From NCBI GenBank assembly GCA_016839555.1, contig JAEOUA010000010.1, forward strand, positions 440,142 to 504,141: a stretch of DNA of 64,000 nt. The letters run 5' to 3'. The position numbers were made by a program, and so were the translations under genes. The notes beneath the pieces were generated by a model. That model saw only the letters and a list, made by a program, of their open reading frames with translations. It had not been told where the DNA came from and made no database searches. This document shows, one piece after another, positions 51,989-63,174 of the stretch. How positions within the stretch are numbered: the first letter of the stretch is position 1; each line of letters starts with the position of its first letter. This DNA comes from Promethearchaeota archaeon. GTDB lineage: Archaea; Asgardarchaeota; Lokiarchaeia; Sigyniarchaeales; SOKP01.

Positions 51989-52059
51989 TAGAGATATTGT
52001 TTTTATTTTTAAGCAAAATCAATAAAAGTATTTACTATATTTGTGAAAATAAATTCTCC

Positions 52060-54567
52060 TCATAATTGGATTGTTTTAATCTCCCAAGGTTTTATTTTTA
52101 TAATATTAGCTTTTGTTTTCGAAATAATATTATACCTGAAATTTAATTCTTTTATAGTATCCTTAACTTTTTTCCCTCTAAGAATAACAGTATGTTCTCT
52201 ATTGTTTGGATTAAATAATCTTAAATAAACTTCACTCCGCCGTCTCCACCAATTTATAACACAAATATAATCTTGACACTCTAAACTAAGAAAAGCCCCA
52301 GAAAGATCCTTTACTTTATGGTGAGAAGCTATTCCTTGTAATCTAAAATTATAGGAATTTACATAAAATAAAGGGTGTTTATCTATTTTCTGGTTTGTTA
52401 TAGAAATAGCAAATTCATAATTTCCTTCTTTCATTAATAATATATTCCGCATTATAGATTCTTTATGGTTGATAATGAATTTTTGGCTATTTTTGACTAT
52501 AAATATTATCCCATTATTTGGGCCTTTTAACCAGAGAAAGTTTAATGCCTGTATTTTTGTTCTTTTTGTTTCTTCTATTCCAAAGGGATAATCAATGAAA
52601 AATTTTTGAACTTTTATTTCAGGAATTAGAAGTAGTTCTTTTAAAGAGCCTGATTCTAAAAAGAATTCCACTCTATTGATTTTGTTATATCGTATTATCT
52701 TTAATTTAAAATCCAGTTTATTATTACTTCCAACAACATAAAATTCTTCTTGTATTTGATTTAAGCTTTTTTTAGTTATTTTTAATTGATAATTCCCATC
52801 TAATTTAAACTTCAATGAATAGAATTTTTCCCCTTTATAATAAATTTCAATTGCCTGTTGATCATTTGAGAGAGCAATTTCATAAAAAAAGTTTGAATTT
52901 ATTAAATTTTTATCAAGTTTATCTTTTTGTTGAATAGTATAAGTTTTATAACCAAATCCAGGAATTTCATCTATCATTTTTAATTTTTCATCTTCAATTA
53001 AATATTTAACTCTCCTATTTTTATGTACTAATACCAGATCGGTGTCAGATTTGATTTCATAATCTTCAATAGGGATTTCTATTATATCTTCTCTTTGATA
53101 AGGTGTGGGATTAAAAACAAATATGCTAGGTTTTTTTTCTGGATTTTTTTTTAATAAAGACTCTTTTGATGCTAATTTTTTTAAAAGTGTATTAAGAGCT
53201 CTTTTTATAAAGTTTTTACTCTCTTGTTGGATTTCTTTATGTTTTTCTACACATAATTCAGAAATTTTAATTTTCTCTTTCTTTAATTCTATTTTATTAA
53301 ATTCTTCTTTTGGTAATTGAGACTCACAATAATCTCCATGTCTTATGAAAGGAACTGCGTAAGAATCATGATTTTGTGTCAAGAGTAAGTTTCTCCAGAG
53401 TTTATCGAAAAATTCATCGTGTTCTTCATTTCCAAAATCAGCTACTATTGAATATAGTATTTCAGCGGTTAATATATTAGTTTCTGAAATTTTATTGTGG
53501 AGAAATAGATTTGATGGTAAAAATATATAATCTCCTAACTGGAAATTATCTCGAGAATACTTAAATTCTCCATTTACGTCTGTTGTTTCCATAAACTCTG
53601 AAAAAAGTTCAAAATTACCGAAAATGTTTGAAAATTGTGAAATCTGCCAAATTTCCTCCATAAGAGGTTGCTCTATTATAAAATCTTCCAATGATGAATA
53701 GACTATTTTATTCATAAAAGGCTTTGCTACTGCTTGAAATAATAGACTAGGCAATTCTTTATAAAATGTACCATGCCAATATTCTCCATTAAATAATCCC
53801 GAAAGATCTATTACTGAGTCAATAGAAGTACCATCCAACCCAATCCAACAGATTTTTGGATCACCTGCGGTAGGGGTCGATCCTAGTAGTCTTGTTTTTA
53901 GAGAGCCGTATTTAATATTAAACCTCCGTAATAATTGAGGAATTTGGGGGTGGAGAGAATTTTCAGAACAATAATATATTGTGGGATTTATCCCAAATTT
54001 ATCTAAAAAATTTATTCCATATTCAAATTGTTTTATATTAGATTCTGGCCCAATAATCAAATTATAAGGTTGAGAATATGTTGGATTTATTATCTCAAAT
54101 TTCCCTTTATGGTAAAGATTAAGAAATTGAAAAAATTTATTTGGATAATTCTTTTGTACCCATTCAAATACACAAATTGAGATTTCGAGATTATAAGAGA
54201 TATTGTTTTTAATTGCCAATTGCATTTTATTAAAGAGTTTTTCTATAGCATATAGAGGTGAATCGAATTCACAAAAACCAATATCATCAATAATTACACC
54301 TCCATGTCCTCCAATTAGATAATAGATTTCAGATTTAACCTCTCCTTGGATGATTTTTTTTAGATCTTTTAAAATTCGAAAAAATAACTTTAATTTTAAT
54401 TTTTCATTCGCATTTTCTACTAATTCATTAAATCTTCTTTCAATTTTTTTAAAATTAATTCTGTCTCTGTAAATAATATTTTTATCAATAAACTTTCTAA
54501 CTAACTTAATAACTTTTGAGAGAGCTTTAATATCTTTTTGATCAATAGCCATTTTTTTGGAATTCAT
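52060..54567 (-). CDS. Divergent GH38/GH57-fold glycoside hydrolase
   Basis: FEIINPTYSQPY...ESNIKQF..G, HPQIPQLL, WIGLDGT, LLLTQNHD, VFNPTP..R, IPGFGYKTY. Confidence 0.75.
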   Translation of the reverse strand: MNSKKMAIDQKDIKALSKVIKLVRKFIDKNIIYRDRINFKKIERRFNELVENANEKLKLKLFFRILKDLKKIIQGEVKSEIYYLIGGHGGVIIDDIGFCEFDSPLYAIEKLFNKMQLAIKNNISYNLEISICVFEWVQKNYPNKFFQFLNLYHKGKFEIINPTYSQPYNLIIGPESNIKQFEYGINFLDKFGINPTIYYCSENSLHPQIPQLLRRFNIKYGSLKTRLLGSTPTAGDPKICWIGLDGTSIDSVIDLSGLFNGEYWHGTFYKELPSLLFQAVAKPFMNKIVYSSLEDFIIEQPLMEEIWQISQFSNIFGNFELFSEFMETTDVNGEFKYSRDNFQLGDYIFLPSNLFLHNKISETNILTAEILYSIVADFGNEEHDEFFDKLWRNLLLTQNHDSYAVPFIRHGDYCESQLPKEEFNKIELKKEKIKISELCVEKHKEIQQESKNFIKRALNTLLKKLASKESLLKKNPEKKPSIFVFNPTPYQREDIIEIPIEDYEIKSDTDLVLVHKNRRVKYLIEDEKLKMIDEIPGFGYKTYTIQQKDKLDKNLINSNFFYEIALSNDQQAIEIYYKGEKFYSLKFKLDGNYQLKITKKSLNQIQEEFYVVGSNNKLDFKLKIIRYNKINRVEFFLESGSLKELLLIPEIKVQKFFIDYPFGIEETKRTKIQALNFLWLKGPNNGIIFIVKNSQKFIINHKESIMRNILLMKEGNYEFAISITNQKIDKHPLFYVNSYNFRLQGIASHHKVKDLSGAFLSLECQDYICVINWWRRRSEVYLRLFNPNNREHTVILRGKKVKDTIKELNFRYNIISKTKANIIKIKPWEIKTIQL

Positions 54568-54640
54568 AATTTATATAAAAATTTTTATACATTCAAAATA
54601 TAAATCAAAAAAATAAAAATAAAAAAAATTATGATAATTT

Positions 54641-56005
54641 TCATTTAATAAGTTCCAAATTTAATTTCCGAACTTGTTCTTTTACTTCTTCCAATCTTTT
54701 TCCTGCTAATGGATATCTATAGAGACAATATAATCCAAGAATAACGAACATAATAGGTATAACACCAAGTAATATTCGAAGTCCAAGCGCATTTAAAAAG
54801 GTTAAAGCCGCGGGATTTAAATTATTTCTATCAATCTGAAACAATTCGATTACTATTCCTAAAACTAGCCAACTTATCGCATTTGAGAGCTTTACAATTA
54901 CACCTGATACACCATTAAATATTCCTTCCCTTCTCTGATTTGTGATTAATTGATCTTCATCAATCACATCACTCAAAAGAATTGTCGGAAAAAGCATCAC
55001 GCCAGCCAAGCCCACACCTGTAATTAAAAGAACTATTAAACTCATAATAGAGTTAAATATTATGAAGATTAACGAAAGTCCAATGCAAAAAGAAATCATA
55101 GAAAGAAATAATGCTTTTTTGGTACCTTGTTCATCTGCAATTTTAACCCATAAAAACAAGCTTGGAATTACTGTTAAAAAGATAAATAATAACTGGATTG
55201 ACCATTCCATAGTTCCTAATCCTAATAATCCCTCGAAAAATAATGGAAGCCCAGATAAGACCACTGAATATGAGAGCTGAAGTAAAAATTGTACAAGAAC
55301 AAAATATCGAAAAGATTTATTTTTTAAAGCAATAACCATTGACTCAAAAAAGCTCTTTTTTTTCTCAGTTATTTGGTATTCTTTTCTTTCTTTGATGAAA
55401 ATCAGAGTTGGAAGCATGGATAAAGCAGTTACTGCTCCTAAAATTAACCCCATCAATGAATATCCTATGAGAGGATCCGAAAAAGATCCAGCAATCAAGG
55501 GTGCGATACCAATCCCTAATATTAACCCAAAAATCCCAAAAATCTGTAAGAATCTTGAAATAACTAATCTCTCTTTTTGATCAAGTGATAATTCTGGAAA
55601 CAACGAATACCAAAGGGTCACGACCATTGTGACAAATGTTTCATATAAAACGAGAATTATAATTAAGTATATCGTACAGAGAACTGAGTTATTAATAGGG
55701 GGTGTATAGATTAATACAGAAGTGATTATAAGTGGAATAAGTCCAATTAGAATGAAAGGTTTTCGTCTCCCCAATCGTGATTTAGTAAAATCCGAAAGAT
55801 GACCTATAAGTGGCTCATTAAATGCATCCCATACTCCGTAGACTACTAGTATCAAACTTATTCCAATTGGGCTTAAAGGAATCCCTAAATACAAAAAATA
55901 ATAAGAATAAAGCAATAATATTGAGGATTGCCCTATTGCCAACCCTCCAATGTTTCCTAGTGCAAATGATATTTTTTTACCTGTGGATAATTTATCTTCA
56001 CTCAT
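54641..56005 (-). CDS. GPH-family MFS sugar:cation symporter
   Basis: 12 TM; WDAFNEPLIG.LSD.T.SR.GRRKPF, DVIDED....RREG.F.G. Confidence 0.92.
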   Translation of the reverse strand: MSEDKLSTGKKISFALGNIGGLAIGQSSILLLYSYYFLYLGIPLSPIGISLILVVYGVWDAFNEPLIGHLSDFTKSRLGRRKPFILIGLIPLIITSVLIYTPPINNSVLCTIYLIIILVLYETFVTMVVTLWYSLFPELSLDQKERLVISRFLQIFGIFGLILGIGIAPLIAGSFSDPLIGYSLMGLILGAVTALSMLPTLIFIKERKEYQITEKKKSFFESMVIALKNKSFRYFVLVQFLLQLSYSVVLSGLPLFFEGLLGLGTMEWSIQLLFIFLTVIPSLFLWVKIADEQGTKKALFLSMISFCIGLSLIFIIFNSIMSLIVLLITGVGLAGVMLFPTILLSDVIDEDQLITNQRREGIFNGVSGVIVKLSNAISWLVLGIVIELFQIDRNNLNPAALTFLNALGLRILLGVIPIMFVILGLYCLYRYPLAGKRLEEVKEQVRKLNLELIK

Positions 56006-56068
56006 TTTCTTTTCAATTTAAAATTTTTTTTATTAATATTTGAATATGTTTTTAATTGGTAATCAATA

Positions 56069-56740
56069 TTAAGGTAATGGTCTCTCTTTTTCAATTTCAG
56101 AAGGTTTTCTTCCCTTTTGTAGTTGTTCAAACCACCATTTATCTGTGGAGATCATTTCTTTTGCTTTTTCCAAGACCGATTCAATATCCTTTGATTTTAC
56201 AACAACTACTCCATTAATATCTCCAAAGATTAAATCACCAGGAGTAATAATCCTTCCACCACATTTTATAGGCTTCATTACAGAATCCATATCAATCACC
56301 ATCCTCCCTCGAATGGATGAGCAAATAATCCCTCTTGCAAATATTGGAAATTTTAAATCCGTTACTTGAGCGATATCTCTAATTGGTCCATCTACTAATC
56401 CTCCTCTGAAGCCTAATTTTTCAAGAATTCTGCTTGTACTTTGTCCCAAACCCGCAGCAATCATATAACCCGACATATCTACGCACATTATGGGAAAATC
56501 TGGAGTTTGTTTAATAAATTGTAACATCTTAGCGATAATATTTCTATCAAGTGGTTCATCAGAAAGATCCATTTTCATAGTTCCCGCTAGACCAAGTACT
56601 CTTGCTCCAGGCCACATTGGTCTTATTTCTGAATCAATGAATCCTGGTTCTAAACCCAATTCGTCTATTGCATCTGAAACTGCGCAGGTATATAAATTAG
56701 AGTATTCTTTAAGTATTGATTCCAATTTTTCTTTATTCAT
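56069..56740 (-). CDS. RraA/HMG-CHA aldolase family protein
   Basis: T.AVSDA, DG.IRD, FP.FARG, PGDLIFGD..GVVVV. Confidence 0.88.
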   Translation of the reverse strand: MNKEKLESILKEYSNLYTCAVSDAIDELGLEPGFIDSEIRPMWPGARVLGLAGTMKMDLSDEPLDRNIIAKMLQFIKQTPDFPIMCVDMSGYMIAAGLGQSTSRILEKLGFRGGLVDGPIRDIAQVTDLKFPIFARGIICSSIRGRMVIDMDSVMKPIKCGGRIITPGDLIFGDINGVVVVKSKDIESVLEKAKEMISTDKWWFEQLQKGRKPSEIEKERPLP

Positions 56741-56892
56741 TCTTCTTGCTTAGTCTATATAAAATTTAATGTCTAAATATAATTTAATATAGTTAGTTAT
56801 TATTTGATTTTTAATGATTATTAATTTTTTTAATCTTATAAAAATCAAATTACATAAAAGGTAAAAATAATTTAATGTAGGTTTTAACAAGG

Positions 56893-58563
56893 ATGAATCA
56901 TAACGAAAATAATTTGAAAAAGAGAAGTAATACCATTTTTGAGAATATAAAATCTACTCCTTTTTATTATGTAAATTTAGGAATAATAGAAAGTGTAGGA
57001 TTGGAAGAAAAAGATATTAAAAACAAACCATTTATAGGAGTGGTAAATACTTGGAATGAATTAAACCCTGGGCATAAGCATTTTAAAACCCTGGCTGAGG
57101 CCGTTAAATATGGAATCGCAGAAACGGGAGGAATTCCTCTAGAATTCTGTACTGTTGGTCCTTGTGATGGATGGGCAAATGGTAATGAAGGAATGAGATA
57201 TATTTTACCACAGAGAGAAGTGATAGCTGACTCAATTGAATTGATGGTGGAAGCTCATAGGTTGGATGCCATGGTGACAATCTCTGGCTGTGATAAAATA
57301 AATCCTGCAGTCTTAATGGCAGCTTTGAGGTTAGATATTCCAACTATATGTGTGCCGGGAGGTCCCAATTTATATGAAATTAGATTTAAACCGGATTATA
57401 AAGGAATTGAACAGAGTATATATGATGATTTTTTCCAAAAGGTAAATTGTATATCAGGTGCCACTTATGGGGCTTGTGAGATTATGGGAACTGCAAATAC
57501 GATGCAATGCTTAATGGAAGCATTTGGAATGACGTTGCCTAACGCCGCAACTATTCCCGCCGTCACTAGAATGAAATATATAATTGCGAAAAATTCTGGA
57601 AAACAGATAATATCATTATTAAAGCATGATATTAGACCCTCTAAAATAATGAATGAGCAATCCTTAGAAAATGCAATTATTGTCGATTTAGCACTTGGAG
57701 GATCCACAAATTCAGCATTACATCTTCCTGCTATCGCGAAGGAAATGGGGATAGATTTTGATTTAGAACTCTTTAATAAGTATAGTGAAAAAATTCCTAC
57801 TATAGCAAATATTTCACCTTCCGGAGATTATGGAATAGTTGATTTATATAAAGCAGGAGGTATTCCTGGCGTTATGAGTAGATTAAAAGAATTTTTAAAC
57901 TTAGAATGCCTTACAGTTTCAGAACAACCAATTAAAAAGCAAATAAGACGAATAAAAATTCTCAATGAGGATGTGATCAGACCTTTAAATAATCCAATTT
58001 ATCCCGAGGGGGGAATTATTATTTTAAAAGGGAATCTCTCGCCAAAGGGAGCGGTGATTAAACAATCTGCAGTAAGAGATAAAAAGATGTTAGAGTTCAG
58101 AGGTCCTGCTCAATGTTTCAATTCAGAGAAAGACGCGCTAAATGCATTAAGTGCACATAAAATATCTAATAATTCTGTTATAATAATAAGATATGAAGGT
58201 CCTAAAGGCGCTCCAGGTATGCCAGAACTATTAGCTTTCACTGCAACACTAATGCTAAGAAAAGACTTGGATAAAGTGGCATTAATTACTGATGGAAGGT
58301 TTTCAGGCGGTACTTCTGGTCCATGCGTCGGTCATGTATGTCCTGAGGCCTATGTTGGTGGACCAATTGCTATTGTTGAAGATGGGGATATGATTAATAT
58401 TAATATCACACAAAAGAGTCTTAATATAGAGTTATCTCAAGAAGAAATTCAACAAAGATTGGATAAATGGAAACCTGTCGAAAGAAAAATTACAAGTAAA
58501 GCTTTATTGAAATATAGGAAACTTGTTTCTTCAGCGTCAGAGGGAGCAATATTCAAGTTTTAA
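56893..58563 (+). CDS. ilvD: Dihydroxy-acid dehydratase (IlvD/Edd family)
   Basis: NPGH.H, CDG, GCDK..P, GAC..MGTANTM, GGSTN..LH, RYEGPKG.PGMPE, TDGRFSG. Confidence 0.93.
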   Translation: MNHNENNLKKRSNTIFENIKSTPFYYVNLGIIESVGLEEKDIKNKPFIGVVNTWNELNPGHKHFKTLAEAVKYGIAETGGIPLEFCTVGPCDGWANGNEGMRYILPQREVIADSIELMVEAHRLDAMVTISGCDKINPAVLMAALRLDIPTICVPGGPNLYEIRFKPDYKGIEQSIYDDFFQKVNCISGATYGACEIMGTANTMQCLMEAFGMTLPNAATIPAVTRMKYIIAKNSGKQIISLLKHDIRPSKIMNEQSLENAIIVDLALGGSTNSALHLPAIAKEMGIDFDLELFNKYSEKIPTIANISPSGDYGIVDLYKAGGIPGVMSRLKEFLNLECLTVSEQPIKKQIRRIKILNEDVIRPLNNPIYPEGGIIILKGNLSPKGAVIKQSAVRDKKMLEFRGPAQCFNSEKDALNALSAHKISNNSVIIIRYEGPKGAPGMPELLAFTATLMLRKDLDKVALITDGRFSGGTSGPCVGHVCPEAYVGGPIAIVEDGDMININITQKSLNIELSQEEIQQRLDKWKPVERKITSKALLKYRKLVSSASEGAIFKF

Positions 58564-58669
58564 GTTTTAATCACATAGGCAAATGTATACTACAGGGGGA
58601 ATAAATTATAACTCTAAATCTTTATCTAAATACCATGTTCCCCACGGAATTTTAAATATTTGAGTCATT

Positions 58670-60553
58670 TTATCTATCTGGGATGTAATATTTTTCTATG
58701 GCTAATTTTTCTAACCTTTGTTTGGTAGGAATCCCATTGCTATTCCATCCACGGAATTTATAATATTCTATTATCATCTCATCTATAGATATTATTCTAT
58801 TTTTGGCTTTTCCAGCATTTAATGGAGAATTTTTTAATTTTATAGGAATATTATCATCTTTTTTTGATATACCACAATGTATATTGTATAATCGTTTTAA
58901 ATTAAATATTCTTTCTCCAACATCAGCAAGCTCCGATACAGTGACTTCTATCCCAGTCAAATAAAAAATTGCATCAACCAATAAATCAAATATATTTTCA
59001 ATAATTTGGGAACCAGAAGAAAAAGTTTGCCGGCATACTCCTAACGAATTATTAATTTCCGAAAGATTTTGAGATATTGCTATATCGCTTGCGAACTTCG
59101 GGTCGTCTTTTGCTCGTAATTTAATAGGCATACTTTCATTAATTTCGAAATTTTTACTTAAATTGGAAAATCCAGAATATATATCACTTCCAAAACCTCT
59201 TAAATGACATGCTCCCCTATTTGATGTAGCATATTGTAACCCTAATGGATAATTGGTTCTTGGCTCATGCATCGGAAGTTCTAAACCTTTTATTTCCGCT
59301 GTATAATTTTCTGCCCCCTTACCAATTAACTTGGCAGCCTCTCTACTTCCTCTCGAAAAAATTTTACCTATTCCTTCATTTTCGCAAATGAGTTTCGTTA
59401 ATTTGATGATGGCATCAGCATCACCCCACTCTAATTTAAATCCTAGTTCATCTTCAGTAATAATTCCTTGATTATAACAGTCCATAGCAAAAGCTACAGT
59501 ACATCCTGTAGAAATAGTATCTACACCCATTCTATTACAATAATCATTGATATATGCAATGGATTCAATATTAGAATTTAAACACATAGAGCCAAAAGCT
59601 CCAACGGTTTCATACTCTGGTCCCGCAGCATTTTCTATCCTATAAGGTTTATTGTCCACTTTAACTTCTCTCCCACAGCTGAATGGACAGAGATAACATG
59701 GTCTTAATCTTACCAAAAGTTTCTCAGCAACCACTCCCCCCGATATATTTTTTACTCCTTTCCATCTTGCTAGTTCTCCCCAATTTTGATGGGGTACATC
59801 TCCAAATACTTCGAAGTAATTTATTCCATTAGTTCCGATTTGCTTCATAGTAGTTGCCATTGCGGATTTACTGAACTCTTTAAAGAGCATTCTTGTTATC
59901 ATCTTAAATTCCTCTTCATTCTGATAATGCACCTTTTTATTGGATTTAACCGCAATTGCTTTTAGCTTTTTAGAGCCCATTATTGCACCCATGCCTGCTC
60001 TTCCAACTGCTCTTCCATGATCATTTAATATGGCTCCTAATGGGATAAGATTTTCTCCAGAAGGACCTATAATTGCTATTTTAAAATCTTTACCGAGTTT
60101 CTCATTTAGTATTTTGGATGCGTTTTTAGTATCTTTACCCCAAATTTCCGATGCATCTCTTAGTTCTATTGATTCGTCATCAAGATATAAATAAACTGGG
60201 TTATCTGATTTATTTAGAAAAATTATTCCATCATATAAGGGTCTTAGCTCGGCACCAAAAAACCCTCCTGATAATCCTTCACCATAAATATTTGTTAAAG
60301 GGGATTTAGCACTTACAGAATAAAAACCTGAACAAGGATATGAAGTTCCCGTTAAAAGTCCTGTCATGATGACTAACGGATTTTCTTTAGTAAAAGGATC
60401 ATAATTATACAATTCATTTTCCATCATATAATGAATTGCTAACCCAGGTCCACCTAAATATTTTCTAACTAAATCACCTTCAAAATAAATCTCCTTTAAA
60501 GTTTTATCTGCTAAATTGACTTCCAGAATATTTTTATCTTGAGTCTCTTTCAT
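58670..60553 (-). CDS. aor: Tungsten-type aldehyde:ferredoxin oxidoreductase
   Basis: KSPLT, IGPSGE, GRAGMGAIMGSK.LKAI, CYLCPFSC, GPEYET, G.DTIS.G, KGLE.P.HEPR, RGACH. Confidence 0.93.
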   Translation of the reverse strand: MKETQDKNILEVNLADKTLKEIYFEGDLVRKYLGGPGLAIHYMMENELYNYDPFTKENPLVIMTGLLTGTSYPCSGFYSVSAKSPLTNIYGEGLSGGFFGAELRPLYDGIIFLNKSDNPVYLYLDDESIELRDASEIWGKDTKNASKILNEKLGKDFKIAIIGPSGENLIPLGAILNDHGRAVGRAGMGAIMGSKKLKAIAVKSNKKVHYQNEEEFKMITRMLFKEFSKSAMATTMKQIGTNGINYFEVFGDVPHQNWGELARWKGVKNISGGVVAEKLLVRLRPCYLCPFSCGREVKVDNKPYRIENAAGPEYETVGAFGSMCLNSNIESIAYINDYCNRMGVDTISTGCTVAFAMDCYNQGIITEDELGFKLEWGDADAIIKLTKLICENEGIGKIFSRGSREAAKLIGKGAENYTAEIKGLELPMHEPRTNYPLGLQYATSNRGACHLRGFGSDIYSGFSNLSKNFEINESMPIKLRAKDDPKFASDIAISQNLSEINNSLGVCRQTFSSGSQIIENIFDLLVDAIFYLTGIEVTVSELADVGERIFNLKRLYNIHCGISKKDDNIPIKLKNSPLNAGKAKNRIISIDEMIIEYYKFRGWNSNGIPTKQRLEKLAIEKYYIPDR

Positions 60554-60810
60554 ATTTATACCTACTTTTCTTGATCGATAGTTAAAATATTCTTTGAAAT
60601 CAAATAAAATATTCTACAATGATGATGATTTCGTTCCGCTATTCGATATGTATTGCTGTACTTATTTTAAAAATAAAATGTAAAGTTATAAAACTATTTC
60701 ATATTTAATTTATTTAATTCATTTCTTTAATGAATAAACTTAAAATAAAAATATAATATTAATACTTGTATACTCAAAAAATAAAAAATAATACTAAGGA
60801 GAATTATCAA

Positions 60811-62736
60811 ATGAGTAAGTCTAAAGAAATAACAATACCAGCAAAACTTAAAGGTTACACTCAAGTGCGACTCGATGTTGATTTGGCTACTGGAAAGATT
60901 GAAGAATCAGTAATAGACCCAGAATTTTGTAAGGATTGGATAGGTGGGTATGGATTCGGAGCCAAAGTATTATGGGACGAATTGAAACCTGGTATTGACC
61001 CCTTAAGTGAAGATAATATTCTTGTATGGGCAATTGGACCTATGCCAACTACTATTTTACCAACAAGCTCTAAATATGGGGTTTTTGCCAAATCTCCATT
61101 AACAGGAATGTTTGGAATGTCTATTTCTTCTGGTTCTGTCGGTGCTCAGGCCCGTCGAGCAGGAGTTAATATGATTGTATTTAAAGGAAAAGCTCCTGAA
61201 CCATCTTATTTTGTGGTCGATGATGATGATAGATATTTAAAACCTTGTAAAGAAACTTTATGGGGAAAAGGATGTTGGGATACCGAAGAAATATTAAGAG
61301 AGGAATTTTCAGATCAGCGCCTTGCTGTAATGGCTATCGGTCCTGGAGGAGAGCGTATGTCACGATTAGGATGTATAACAAATGATAGAAATAGGCAAGC
61401 GGGGCGTACAGGAATGGGAGCTGTTATGGGCTCAAAAAATCTTAAGGCAATAGCATTTCGGGGGACAAAAGGAACACAAGTAGCCAAGCCTGTTGAATTT
61501 TTCAAATTAGCCAAAAAATTATTAAATGTTGCAACAGGCTCTGCAACTTCAAAATATCGGGATTTAGGAACTCCTTCAGGATTAAGATCGTATAATGATC
61601 TTGGTATGATGCCCACATTTAACCATAGAGAAGGTACATGGGAAAAAATTGATGAAGATTTAATTACTGGTGAGCATCTTAATGAAGAATGGGTTGTGAA
61701 AAAGGTTGCTTGTACCGATTGCCCAATTGCATGTGATCATTTGGCAAGAGTACCTAAGACTCATCCAGATTATCCAAATCTCGTATCTAGTGTAGATATT
61801 GAACTTTGTTATAGTTTTGGCACGGCATGCGGAAATTCTGATTGGCCTACTATTTTCAAATGTATTGAATTATGTGATGATTTAGGAATTGATGGAATTT
61901 CTGGTGGTGTCACTGCTGCTATGGCATGCGAATTATTTGATGAAGGACTTATTACCAAAAAGGATTTAGGATATGAATTGCCTTTTGGCTCAACAAAAAA
62001 TTTGGTAAGATTTACTAGGGAAATGATCTTAGGTGAGGGTTTTGCCGGAGAAGTCTTTGGTGATGGAACTAGACAAGCTGGGATTCGATTAGAAGAAAAG
62101 GGAAAGAAAAATGCTAGTTTTTATGGAATGAACATAAAAGGGCTTGAAATGCCAGCATTTGATCTTCATGGCATGACCAGTTTTGCAGTAGGGGAGAGCG
62201 TTTCTATACGTGGAGCATGTCATCTAAGAAATGGTGCGTATGGATTAGATGCAAAAGGTAAATTCGATCGCTTTTCTTATGATAAACCCCTTGAACGAGG
62301 CAAGGCAATTATAGAGTTAGAAGATATGTATTCGTTAATAGATTCCTATATAATCTGCAAATTTACACGTGGAATTTATGAAAGTGACGCGGAAATAGCA
62401 AAGGTATACGAATTAGTTACCGGAATCCCCCATACAGATAAAAGTATTATGGAGAGAGGAGCAGCAATAGTAACCCTTTCAAAGTGTTTTAATATCCGAG
62501 AAGGTTGGACACGGGCTGATGACCATCCACCTGAAAGATTCTTTAAGCAAGCACACACAAAAGGTCCTGCAAAAGGAGTCACCCTAGAAGAAGAGGGATA
62601 TCAGAAATTATTAAGCGGTTATTATGAAGCACGAGGTTGGGATACAGAAACTGGAATTCCCACAGATAAAACACTGAAAGAATTAGGATTAGATTTTGTT
62701 ATCGGTAATCTTAAGCCAAAAGGAGGTAAGAAATAA
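60811..62736 (+). CDS. aor: Tungsten-type aldehyde:ferredoxin oxidoreductase (second copy)
   Basis: AKSPLTG, GRTGMGAVMGSKNLKAI, CTDCPIAC, KGLEMP, RGACH, YY.ARGWD..G.P; ATG 60811 after AAGGAG. Confidence 0.93.
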   Translation: MSKSKEITIPAKLKGYTQVRLDVDLATGKIEESVIDPEFCKDWIGGYGFGAKVLWDELKPGIDPLSEDNILVWAIGPMPTTILPTSSKYGVFAKSPLTGMFGMSISSGSVGAQARRAGVNMIVFKGKAPEPSYFVVDDDDRYLKPCKETLWGKGCWDTEEILREEFSDQRLAVMAIGPGGERMSRLGCITNDRNRQAGRTGMGAVMGSKNLKAIAFRGTKGTQVAKPVEFFKLAKKLLNVATGSATSKYRDLGTPSGLRSYNDLGMMPTFNHREGTWEKIDEDLITGEHLNEEWVVKKVACTDCPIACDHLARVPKTHPDYPNLVSSVDIELCYSFGTACGNSDWPTIFKCIELCDDLGIDGISGGVTAAMACELFDEGLITKKDLGYELPFGSTKNLVRFTREMILGEGFAGEVFGDGTRQAGIRLEEKGKKNASFYGMNIKGLEMPAFDLHGMTSFAVGESVSIRGACHLRNGAYGLDAKGKFDRFSYDKPLERGKAIIELEDMYSLIDSYIICKFTRGIYESDAEIAKVYELVTGIPHTDKSIMERGAAIVTLSKCFNIREGWTRADDHPPERFFKQAHTKGPAKGVTLEEEGYQKLLSGYYEARGWDTETGIPTDKTLKELGLDFVIGNLKPKGGKK

Positions 62737-63174
62737 GTGTCATCAGCAAAAAGAAAAAGTAGACTCCATAAATGTATAATTCAATAACAATTTTATTATT
62801 ATTTTTATCTTTTTTTATTTTTGTTTTTTTATTTTCATCCTTATAATTATTGAGAAATTAAATTTTTTCTATGATTCTCATTTTTATAATATATTTAATA
62901 ATAAATTAACTCTTAACTTATAAAGAGAAAAAAGTAAAACCAAATTATTCTCTTCAACTATGGTTAGATTTGCTTTTCTTCTCTTCTAGTGCCGAATAGT
63001 CTTTGTAAGATTATAATTCTCTCTGCTTTTTAATTGCTAATCTTATGCTCCATCATTTTCTATTTTAAAATTTTATGATATAGTTAATCTTTTTGAAAAT
63101 AAGCTATATCTTTATAAACTTCAAATATATACATATTAATAGAATACAAAAAGTATAAGAAATAGGCAATCCAG

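Noticed and set aside
58595-58643. GGGGAA/TTCCCC inverted repeat between ilvD and aor
   Set aside because: Only 6 bp with a long loop; insufficient for a MITE or ncRNA call.
60619-60660. Possible C/D-box sRNA between the AOR genes (ATGATGA)
   Set aside because: No CTGA D or D' boxes.
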